DNA from: an uncultured delta proteobacterium
Lineage (GTDB): Bacteria; Myxococcota_A; Polyangia; Polyangiales; Polyangiaceae
Assembly (NCBI GenBank): GCA_963850305.1
Contig: CAWKKR010000002.1
Coordinates: 1-64,000, forward strand
Direction: 5' to 3'
Length of the DNA stretch: 64,000 nucleotides
Below the pieces are notes generated by a model that ran no database searches, was not told the origin of the DNA, and worked only from the letters and a program-made list of their open reading frames with translations. Position 1 is the stretch's first letter; each line of letters begins with the position of its first letter. The translations under genes and the position numbers were made by a program. This document shows positions 10,749 through 19,616 of the stretch, in pieces.

Positions 10749-11054
10749 ATGAGCAGCGCTGACGGCCATCGGACGGGCCGCCCCCTCGGGCGCCGGGAGA
10801 GCCCTCGCCCACTGATCGACGATCATCGCGCCACGATGCGCGACCTTCGCAAATCGCTCGGCTTGAGCCAGTCCGAGGTGGCGGCCGCGATCGACAGCGA
10901 TCAGGCCGTCGTGAGCAGGATCGAGCGGAGTCCCGACGTGCTGCTTTCTAGCCTTCGCAGGTACGCGAGCGGGCTCGGGGCGCGCTTCGAGGCCGCGTTC
11001 GTGCTCGCGGACGGCCGGCGCGTCGTGGTGATCGACGAGCCGGCGAGCGAGTAA
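10749..11054 (+). CDS. XRE-family HTH regulator
   Basis: MRDLRKSLGLSQSEVAAAIDSDQAVVSRIERSPDVLLSSLRRYASGLG. Confidence 0.85.
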   Translation: MSSADGHRTGRPLGRRESPRPLIDDHRATMRDLRKSLGLSQSEVAAAIDSDQAVVSRIERSPDVLLSSLRRYASGLGARFEAAFVLADGRRVVVIDEPASE

Positions 11055-11100
11055 CGCATTTCACCGTGCGGCCGTCTGGAGTCTCTGTTCCGCCCCGCGA

Positions 11101-11126
11101 TTGTACGTTTGACGTACAACGTACAA
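11101..11126. promoter_or_regulatory. Inverted-repeat operator upstream of higBA
   Basis: TTGTACGT-TTG-ACGTACAA, plus a second ACGTACAA half-site, just before the higB start. Confidence 0.65.
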
Positions 11127-11143
11127 AGCGCTAAGCCTACGAC

Positions 11144-11419
11144 GTGATTCGGTCGTTCCGCTGCAAGGACACGCAGGCTCTCTACGAGGGCAAGCGATCC
11201 AAGCCGTTCGCTTCCGTGCGGAGCGTCGCCGAGCGGAAGCTACAGATGCTCGACGCTGCCACGACCCTCGGCGACCTAGCCACGCCAGGCAACCACCTGG
11301 AAGCTCTCAAGGGCGACCGAGAGGGTCAGCACTCGATCCGAATCAACGGCCAGTTTCGGGTTTGCTTCCGGTGGACCGACGCCGGACCCGAGGACGTGGA
11401 GATAGTCGATTACCACTGA
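11144..11419 (+). CDS. higB: HigB toxin (plasmid maintenance killer protein family)
   Basis: MIRSFRCKDTQALY..PGNHLEALKGDREGQHSIRINGQFRVCFRW..VEIVDYH. Confidence 0.95.
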   Translation: MIRSFRCKDTQALYEGKRSKPFASVRSVAERKLQMLDAATTLGDLATPGNHLEALKGDREGQHSIRINGQFRVCFRWTDAGPEDVEIVDYH

Positions 11420-11492
11420 TATTTGCTGAGTCCGTTCACCATTTTATTTAGCGAGATGCTCTCGCCCCTCTGCGGAGAGGAGTTTTTTATAA

Positions 11493-11825
11493 ATGTCTAA
11501 GTTGAAGAACGGGATGCGCCCCATCCACCCCGGAGAGATCCTCCGTGAAGAGTACCTCGCGCCGCTCGGCATGAGCGCGAACGCCCTGGCGCACGTCTTG
11601 AACGTGCCCGCCAACCGCGTCAGCGGCATCCTCTCGGGGCGCCGCGCTGTCACGGCGGACACTGCGCTTCGCCTCGGCCGCGCTCTCGGCACGACGCCTA
11701 CGTTCTGGCAGAACCTCCAGGCAGCGTACGACCTGCGCGTGGCTGAAGGTGAAAGCGGGTCCGATCTACGGACAATCCGCCGCGTACAGCATCCGGCTTC
11801 GAGCTCCGCGGCGAAGCGGGCCTAG
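11493..11825 (+). CDS. higA: HigA antitoxin
   Basis: PIHPGEILREEYL..RRAVTADTALRLGRALGTTPTFWQNLQAAYDL. Confidence 0.95.
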   Translation: MSKLKNGMRPIHPGEILREEYLAPLGMSANALAHVLNVPANRVSGILSGRRAVTADTALRLGRALGTTPTFWQNLQAAYDLRVAEGESGSDLRTIRRVQHPASSSAAKRA

Positions 11826-11850
11826 CCCCGCCACGCCAACGCGGGCCCAC

Positions 11851-14150
11851 CTACGGGGGAAGCGAGTCGAGCATCTTCCCAACCAAGCGCTTCAGGAGCG
11901 CATCGCCGCTGAGGTGTTCCTTCGCGTACCCGTCAATGATGGTCTCGCGCATCAAGTCTTCTGAGACCGCGATACACCCCGTCCGCACGTGGTCGAGGCA
12001 CGCGGCGGCGTCCTCGAAGAGCTTTTGCACGTCCTTGAGCGAGAGGTAGGCGATGCCAGCGGCTAGTCCGCGCCCGGTGTCGTCGAGGGCGATCCGCGGC
12101 GACACCACAATGACCTTCGTGTCGCGTGCCGGCGGCAAGTCCTTGTCGTGCTCGTCGAGCCATGTGGGATGCGCGTGCGCCTGGCGAACCGTCTCGTAGC
12201 TGATGGGGTGCCCGGGTTTCTCGTCGGATTTAGCCTCGAAGACGTAGCGCTGGCCGTCTTCGGTCCACCACAGGGAGTCTGGTGCGCCCTTCTTCTTCTT
12301 GTCGTAGCTCTTGGTTTTGAAGCCGAGCATGCGGCCCAGCGAGGTCAGGCCGCCCTGGAACAGGGCCGCCGTCGTCACGGAGACGTCCTTGCGTACCTTC
12401 TCGACGTGGTCGCCGAATTTCTTCCCGCGAAACGTCCAATCGTTCAGGAGGTCGATGACCTCGTCGACGCCCATGGGAGCGCCGAGCGCCGGTGCCGTCT
12501 CGGGTCTGATGAAAGACAGCGAAGCGAGCCACCGCACTCCGGAGGCGAGGTTCGACGCGAGGTCGACGTGTTTCTGGAATTGGAGCTTGTGCGATTCGTT
12601 CTTCGACAATCGATACGCCATGTCCGCGGCGAGCGCCGCCTGGTACTCCCAGAATGCGCGGTACGGTTTCAGCTTTGGGTCGCCGAGCTGGTCGGTGATT
12701 TTCACGGCCGTGTGATGAGCCTGGGAGTAGTCCGCTCGCCAGAGCTGGTAGACGAACAGCGTCTCGTGCTCGGCCGTTGCGGCGAGCGCGGCAGTCTCCT
12801 CTCCGAGGACTCGACCCAACTGCTTCGTGCGGGCGCGTAGCGCCACCTCCGCGTCGTCGTTCCAAGCGTCGCCGTGCTCGAAGAAGTCCTCCAAGAGCTT
12901 TTCCGAGGCCGCCAGGTCGAGGCCGTTCGATACCTCCTGTCCGAGGTCGAGCTCGGCCTGGAGCTCCGGGTGGAGGCCCTTGCTGTTCGTGCCTAGGGCA
13001 ATCCAGCCCGTGAGGTCCTTCCCGAGACAGAGAACGAGCGCGTAGTCGTTCTTGTCGCGGGTGCACCTTCCCATCGCTTGCGTCAGGCGGACCCGCATCC
13101 GGTTTCGCACGACGGAGTAGGCGTTGAGCCGGTTTCTCATGAACGCCTCTTGCAGGTTCATCACTGCCGGAGCGTTCACCAGGACCATGCGCCGACAGTC
13201 CTCGCCGGGAAGGTCGATTCCATCGTAGCGGTTCGTCAGCACGAGCGCGGTCGGCACCGTCGAGTGCGTGAACTTGTCGAGGCTCTCCTCGACGTCGTCG
13301 GCGTTAAGCGTCGTCACCCCTCCGCTCCGAAGGGTCCTGGCGTGCTTGGAGGCTTCCTTCTTCGTACCCGAGACGATGACGAGCGAACGCGACTCACTGA
13401 CCGCACGGGTGTAGCAGTGGTTCCCAGCATCCTTGGCCATCAGGTGCGGGAACAAGAATCAGGCGGCGCCCCGTGTTCCCTTCCGGGACGTCCGAAGCCT
13501 CGATAGCCTTGATTTTCTGAACGCCGAACATCCTTTCGAGGTCGCCGTCCGCGCCGAGTGTCGCCGACATATAGAGGCGGTGATCTGCGCAGGCGAACGT
13601 CGAGTGGGTGTCCGTCGGAGGATGGGGCCGGAACAAGAACGAGGAGAGACGTACACGTTGCACGCCGCGAGGTGGTTCTTGAGCACGCGCCACGAGTAAC
13701 GAACCGACTTCGGCGCGTTGTCGGGACCGCATGTGCGGTCGGAAGCCGCAAGAGCGCATCGAGTTTTGATGCGTACGCGGGGAGCGGGATGAGGTCGACG
13801 TCACTCAGCGAGGCGTTGCCCTTCGCGTGTCGGAGCCCCGGATTAATCCAATCGCCGAAGAAAACCCACCGCACCGGAGCCGTGGAGCGTCGAGCTCGGA
13901 GCGGTCGTCGCCGGCGAGGCGCGCCGCGGCAAACGACGAGCCGGTGCCCGAGTCCGCGCGCACGCCGACGCGCGCAGCGTCGCGCTCGACGAGCAAGCGA
14001 CGCAAGGCCCAGAAGGTCATCCACCGTGCCGGCGGACGCGACGTCAAGCAATCGGTGCTCTACCTGCGCCCGAGCTCCACAAGCGGCTCGCGGTGCGCTG
14101 CGCCGAGCTCGGCGAGACGCTCTCCGACTTCGTGGCGGACGCCGTGACAC
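11851..14150 (-). pseudogene. SF2 (DinG/Rad3-like) helicase with C-terminal PD-(D/E)xK nuclease; 5' part frameshifted and truncated
   Basis: YMSATLG, RYDGIDLP and QAMGRCTR helicase motifs; PDSLW..VFEAKS nuclease motif. No Walker A region seen. Confidence 0.75.
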
Positions 14151-14332
14151 GCGCTCTCGCGTAAATCGCGCGGCACGGGCTCTGGATTTCCATCGTTCGT
14201 CTCGACTCGAGGCTCTCTCCGGGATAAGCGTCGGTGCTTGGAGGAGGAGAGACATAAACAAAACCGAAGATCACGGCAAAGACCGATGGCGTTCCACCAG
14301 CGGATTCAGGCAAAGACGTTACCTGGGGAGAG

Positions 14333-14752
14333 ATGCACGCAGGCGACTGCGTCATGGCCGCGGGCAGCACGGTGACAATCTACTCAGATGGCAACGCCAA
14401 GTTCGAAGCATCCGTCTGGACGAACCACACGCATTCGGGCGACACGTGGCAGCACATCCTCACGTTCCTCGATTTCCGTGGTCTCGAGCTGTTCAGCAGC
14501 CCGACGCTATACGGCCCGAACCACATGAATGACGGCAACCCGCCTCCGCACTACAAATGGGGCCCGGTCTGGTTCAAGTTCGATCCGGCCAATTCGATGC
14601 TGCTACCCAAGCGCAGGCCCGCGGTTGGTGCTGAGCGAAAGGCGCCGACCAACTTCACACGAACCACGACACGCTTACGTTCCGCCCGAGACACGCGGAG
14701 GAGCTCCGCGTCCGCTGCGCTCGCGAGCGCAGGAGCGTCTCCGACGCTGTGA
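14333..14752 (+). CDS. Small hypothetical protein, probably frameshifted at its ends
   Basis: Trp/aromatic-rich plausible core (IYSDGNAKFEASVWTNHTHSGDTWQH) and GGAG upstream. Confidence 0.45.
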   Translation: MHAGDCVMAAGSTVTIYSDGNAKFEASVWTNHTHSGDTWQHILTFLDFRGLELFSSPTLYGPNHMNDGNPPPHYKWGPVWFKFDPANSMLLPKRRPAVGAERKAPTNFTRTTTRLRSARDTRRSSASAALASAGASPTL

Positions 14753-14994
14753 CGGCCGCGCTTTCTGCCTGGCTTCGCTGATTCGGGCTCGGGTATTTCC
14801 ATCGTGCTGCGACGCGCCTACCGTGCGTCGATGCCCCGCCACCTGAAGGTCTGCGAGGAGCAGGCCGAGCCCCCCGAGCTCGGTTCGCGCGAGCTCCCGA
14901 TCCGCGTGCTGCCCGAGCATCCCTGGTTCGCGGAGCGGCGCTGTCACGCGATGATGGCGCCGCTCGTCATCGACGCCGCGACGTGGCTCGAGAG

Positions 14995-15095
14995 ATCAGG
15001 GCCTCCAAACCCGTCCTGGTCGTCACCCGCCGGTCCCCGCCGTCTCCGCGCCGGGCTTGGGCCGTCAACGCCGGGGATTTCCCGTATATTGTGAC
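14995..15095 (-). repeat. 101-bp element copy 4, putative oriIS of the adjacent transposase
   Basis: 95/101 identical to copies 1-3. Its outer end lies about 190 bp past the transposase stop. Confidence 0.9.
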
Positions 15096-15184
15096 CAATT
15101 CCAACGGACCTCGACGCACCTCCGCGCTGCGGGTCGCTCGGGAGAGCGCCTGCGGCCGCCCTGGTCGGCTGCTGACTCACTGCG

Positions 15185-16916
15185 TCACCAGTCGTCGGGC
15201 GGGGGCGGGTCGAAGTCGTCGGTGGGGGAGCGGGCTCGGGCGACCGTGGGCGCGGCGAGTTCGAGGCCGAGCTCCCCGAGGAGCTGGCGGGCGCGGTCGG
15301 CCTCCGTCACGACCTCCACGAACTTCAGGCGGCCGCCACACGGACACGCCAGGGCATCGACGTCGTGAACGCGTCTTTAGGAGGGTCGCCCAGTCGATCC
15401 TCCAGGCTCCCGACGAGTACCGCGCCTTGCCAGGCTCGAAGGGTGCGCGCTTCGGCGGAGCGAAGAGGCGTGCCGGGTCGAGCACCGCTTCCGTGGCGCC
15501 GGGAGGTACGGGGAGACGAGGCGCGTCGATCCCGTGATCTCCTTCCGCCGCCATGGCCCTTGTCTTTGCGACCACCTGGATGGACGGTGGCTCGGTCACG
15601 GCAGGCCCGATACTCCCGCCCACTTCGGTGGTCGTCGTGCACACGGAGTTCCCGGCCACGGTGGCCGGCGGCTCCGGCACCACGCTCTTCCTCCACGACG
15701 AGTGCGGGCCGAGGACGCCATGGAATCGTAGTAGCGGATGCCGCGGCGGGGGAATCAAGGCCGAAAGGCGCGCGAGTAGCTCGACCGGATCCATCACGCG
15801 GTGGGTTTCGCCGCGACGCCATGGGCGTTGCAGTTGGTACGCGACGCGGCCGTCCCGCGTCATCGAGAGCCGCTCCAGGCTGAGCGGGGCTCGCGTGCAA
15901 TAGCGGAGCAGCTTCTCTCGGCCCGCCCGATCGTGTGCTTCTATGCGGACGCCCGCGTGCAGGTTGAAGCCGAGCGACTCGGTGCCGTACTTTCCCTTGG
16001 ATCTGCGGGGCGCGGTGGCGTCACCGTCGCCGCCGGGTTGCACGAGCTCGGCGAGCCCTCGGGCGTCGAGCCGGACGAGCCCCTTCTGGCTGAGCGACGT
16101 GCTCACGCAGGCGTCCATCGCACTCGGGTCCGTCGACTCTACCCGTTCATGGTTGTACTCGGCGAGCAGTCCCTTCCGACGAAGCCAGGCGACGAGCCGC
16201 TTGTAGACGCGCTCGATCACGTCCCCGAGCGCGAACGAATCGGGTGCTGGAACCGCGTGGAACGTCGCGCGCTCGTCCTCGTCGTGGCGCGTGAACACCC
16301 CGTCGATAACGGTGGCGTGGACATGGCAGTTCAGGTTCAGCGCGCCTCCGAAACGGTGCTGCACCGAGACTGCACCGCCCTGACCACCCGAGATGCCGAT
16401 CTCGACCGCCCTCCTCCGGTACCACGCGAGCGTCTCCTCCATGAAGATGCGGGTCAGCGCCGTGAACGCCTGCGCGTTCGACGCCAGCAAGAATCTCAGT
16501 TCGAACGGAACGCTCAGGACCCACTGACGCACGGGAGCGTTCGGGAGAACTCGATCCGTCAAATGTGCCGCCGAGTTGCACATTCGCCTCGCGTTGCAGG
16601 ACGGGCACAGCCCCCTCATCTTGCACGAAAAGGCCACGACGATCTGGCGGTGACACGCGCGACATTCGGCGCGTCCGAATCCGTGCGCCAGGATCCCGCA
16701 GCGCAGGTAGGCGCGTAGCTCGCGCTCGACGTACGTCGGGAGCGGGCGATCGTGCTTCTCGCGGGATTCAGCGAGGAACGTCTCGAGGTGCTCGGCGACC
16801 AGCCGGTAGAGCAACGTCTCTTCGGGTCGGTGGCGCTCGTAGCCACGTTGCCGGCGGTCGACGGAAGACCCCGCGAGGTCGGGCACGACCGGTCTCGACA
16901 GCGAGGACCGGGCCAT
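15185..16916 (-). CDS. IS91/ISCR-family rolling-circle (HUH) transposase, +1 frameshift near 15375
   Basis: Zn-binding CGILAHGF..CRAC..FSCKMRGLCPSC, HUH motif NLNCHVH, LLRYCTR and LLRFHGVLGP. The C-terminus RVHDVDALACPCGGRLK continues in another frame to TGA at 15185. Confidence 0.92.
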
Positions 16917-17247
16917 GAACGAAGGTCAGCGATTCCCCCGTGTCTCGGGTGCCCTGACGGTGGCCAACGCCGGGGTCGCGATGGCGAGCCGCCACGACGA
17001 CCTCGGAGAAAGTCGCGTGCGAGACGGGAAACGGCGGCGGCGAACTGAACGAGGGAGGGATCGCGCTCGGCGAGGGCGTCGTCGACGGAGAGAGCTTCCC
17101 GCGATGCTCGTCTCGTGCCGCCCGTGCTCGACGACGGGGCGTCAGCGACGTGACAACCGGCCAGGCAGATGGACGCGGCGCGTCGAAAAGCTAGCGTCAC
17201 GGAATTCCTCCATTGCCTGGGCTCGCGTAGCTGCTGCGACGGCCGCC

Positions 17248-17275
17248 GAGTTCATAATGTCCCATTACCGGACAA
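17248..17275 (-). other. Degenerate dif-like (XerC/XerD) site
   Basis: Minus strand TTGTCCGGTAA-TGGGACA-TTATGAACTC has the TAA-spacer-TTATG layout, with a 7-bp spacer instead of 6. Confidence 0.4.
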
Positions 17276-17499
17276 CGTCACCGCGGCGGGCTCGGGCGCC
17301 GCACACATTCCCCTACACGCCCTAATCTTAGCGCGATAAGGTTGGACGGTCAAGGGGCGATCAAGGGCAATCTAGAGCCTTCAAACGACGCTGTTCGACA
17401 TCGAAACGCGAGGTAGCAAGCGAGGCTTAAACGTGGCTCTGAGCGTGGCTCAAGCAAGGTAACAAGCGTGGCTTTTTGTGGCATTTTACCACGATTTTT

Positions 17500-17672
17500 C
17501 CATGGATCCGGCCGAGATCGCGATGGGCGCCGTCGAGGGCATGAACAACAAAGCCCGCGTCACCACGAAACTCGCGTACGGTTTCAGGACCTACGAACAT
17601 GCAGAAATCGCCCTGTTCCACAGGCTCGGCGCGTTACCCGAGCCGCCGTGGCTCACCCACAGATTCTCGTGA
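17500..17672 (+). pseudogene. ISL3-family transposase C-terminal remnant
   Basis: GAVEGMNNKARVTTKLAYGFRTY..LPEP..LTHRF. Confidence 0.8.
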
Positions 17673-18303
17673 GGAGGCGTTCATAGCAGTCTCTCGAAGC
17701 AAGGTGCGAACCACGATGCCGGCCAGCCGCTTGAGATGAGGCGCGGGGCACGCTGCTCTACGTGCTTCCCGCGCTGCTTGGGGAGCGATCCATCGACGTC
17801 GGGATGCCAGTCCGGTCCATTAAGAAAGTCCATGCTCGATTGACGCTCTTCGACGACACCGTGGCCTCGTCTTTCTCGACTTTCCAGGCCGCGGTAGCAG
17901 CAATCGCCGACGCAACGCGTCGCCATCAATCTCGAGCCGCAGGTGCCTGCCAGCCTATGCGCTCGAGATGTCTCCGCGCGATCTCGAGGAACGCTCGGGC
18001 AGCGGGTGAGACGCGGCCGCCGCTCAAGTGCACTGCATAGAGGGGTCGCGCTGGCGGTGCGTATGCATCGAGCACCTGGTTTCTTTGCCGCCTTCGGACC
18101 AAAGAGTAACCAAGGAGCTGCCCGTCATCCCCCCAATCGCCCCGCGCATGATCATTAGCTCACGCAACGTCAGCGGGCGGCGCTCCGTCGGTTCGTCGTC
18201 GGCACCATCGCCGTCGCCGCGCGTGACGACGGCCGCCCGCGCGTCGGCAAGCTCTCGGGGAGACAGCCACGCCCGCACCGGCGCAGTGAGCGAGGATCTC
18301 ACC

Positions 18304-18492
18304 TCAGTCGTCCTCGCCGTCCTCGTCGTCCTCGCCGTCCTCGTCGTCCTCGTCGTCCTCGGCCAAGATCCGGTCGGCCTCGAAAACATCTTCGGGTGTC
18401 CACTCGTCGTCGGGGATGTTCATTTCGTCACCGAGTTCCTCGACGTCCTCGATTGTCGTGTCCAGCAGCGCAGCCACTTCCTGGTTGGTCAT
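18304..18492 (-). CDS. Very acidic 62-aa protein
   Basis: 31 of 62 residues are D/E, with one R and no K. Co-oriented in the element operon. Confidence 0.6.
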   Translation of the reverse strand: MTNQEVAALLDTTIEDVEELGDEMNIPDDEWTPEDVFEADRILAEDDEDDEDGEDDEDGEDD

Positions 18493-18694
18493 GGGCTCGA
18501 TCTACTGCCTGCGCCCCTGTATGGATAGAGTCCGGCGCCGAAGGTGGCGTCACCTTCCCGCGCGTCAACTCACGGGTCAGGGCGCGTTGCATCCACTTGG
18601 TCACCGGCAGCCCGGCTGCCGTCGCGGCGGCGTGGATTCGCTGCTTACGCACTAGCGACAGTCGAATGCACACTCGAGGCAGCTTGCTAGGCAA
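18428..18694 (-). CDS. Putative ribbon-helix-helix DNA-binding protein
   Basis: PRVCIRLSLVRKQRIHAAATAAGLPVTKWMQRAL pattern. Confidence 0.5.
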   Translation of the reverse strand: MPSKLPRVCIRLSLVRKQRIHAAATAAGLPVTKWMQRALTRELTRGKVTPPSAPDSIHTGAQAVDRAHDQPGSGCAAGHDNRGRRGTR

Positions 18695-18965
18695 GGCGCA
18701 TCACCTCCGCTCGAAGCGCGGCCAACTCTGATTCCAGGGCCTCGATCCTCTCCACGATTGCTTGCCGGCGATGGGCGCGGGAGCCAGCGGCGCGGCACGC
18801 ACCTCCATGGTACCGCGCACCGGGACGCTGGCGGTCGCTTAGCGGCCCGCCGCACGCCTCGCAGACGCGCCGCTCCCCGGCGGCACCGGCTGGGACGTGC
18901 AAGGCGAAAGCCGCCGCACGTGCGCCTGAGAGCGCGGTCGGCGGGGGTGTTTCGTCGCCCGTCAC
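18687..18965 (-). CDS. Small Zn-finger / coiled-coil protein
   Basis: CEACGGPL..RPGARYHGGACR followed by IEALESELAALR. Confidence 0.6.
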   Translation of the reverse strand: MTGDETPPPTALSGARAAAFALHVPAGAAGERRVCEACGGPLSDRQRPGARYHGGACRAAGSRAHRRQAIVERIEALESELAALRAEVMRLA

Positions 18966-19445
18966 CGTGCGCTCCCGTTCGCGCGGGGCCGCCGGAGGAT
19001 GATTTCCGCCATGGATGGATCTTGGCGCCTGATCGGGGTCGGCCCCGTCCCGCCCGACAGGGCCATCGCGCGAGGTGCCGGGGGCCCGGGAGAGGCGGGC
19101 GGGGCGGCGGCGGTCTTCGCTTCCTTCTCTCGGCGCCTCGCCCCTGCGGCCTCGTCGCGCTCAGTCTGGACCTCGACTGCGCGCCGCTCGAGATCCGCAA
19201 GCGTCGAAGCGTCGAAGCGCTCGACGCACGCGAGGTAGAGCGGCGACCCCAGTCCAGCGAAATTTCTTCGCGTGTTCTCGACCTTCACTCGCTCCTTCGC
19301 CTCGCGCACGCGCTCGGGCCGCCTCTGCGACAAGACGCTTTGCCACTTCGCGCGCGTCTCGATTCTCTTTCGGCGTGGAGTCGAGGGCGGCTTCAGCTTC
19401 CCGTTGCGCGGCTACGGCGGTCTTGTACTGGTCTTCTGAGGTCAT
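18962..19445 (-). CDS. Hypothetical helical protein, one frameshift near 19310
   Basis: AAGGA RBS and MTSEDQYK start; continues in the ORF 18962-19333 frame. Confidence 0.45.
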
Positions 19446-19473
19446 CTCTTCTCGTTCCTTTCTTGGAGCGCGT

Positions 19474-19616
19474 GGGCTGATGACGATGTGACGCTCGATG
19501 ACGATGAAAACCCCCGTCCCCCCAGAAAATGCGGCACGTACAGTGGTGGGACTGAACAGGAAATTTCCCGCGTAAGCATGTTTCATCGTCATCGATCGTC
19601 ACATCGTCATCAGCCC
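19474..19616. repeat. 36-bp inverted repeat (35/36) around a 71-bp spacer, putative replication origin
   Basis: Arms 19474-19509 and 19581-19616, built of GATGAC-like units, immediately after the replicase stop. Confidence 0.8.

Noticed and set aside
3256..15095. 101-bp repeats as a CRISPR array, attC sites or group II intron ends
   Set aside because: The intervals are kb-sized and there are no cas genes. There are no RYYYAAC/GTTRRRY ends or integron integrase, and no domain V or reverse transcriptase.
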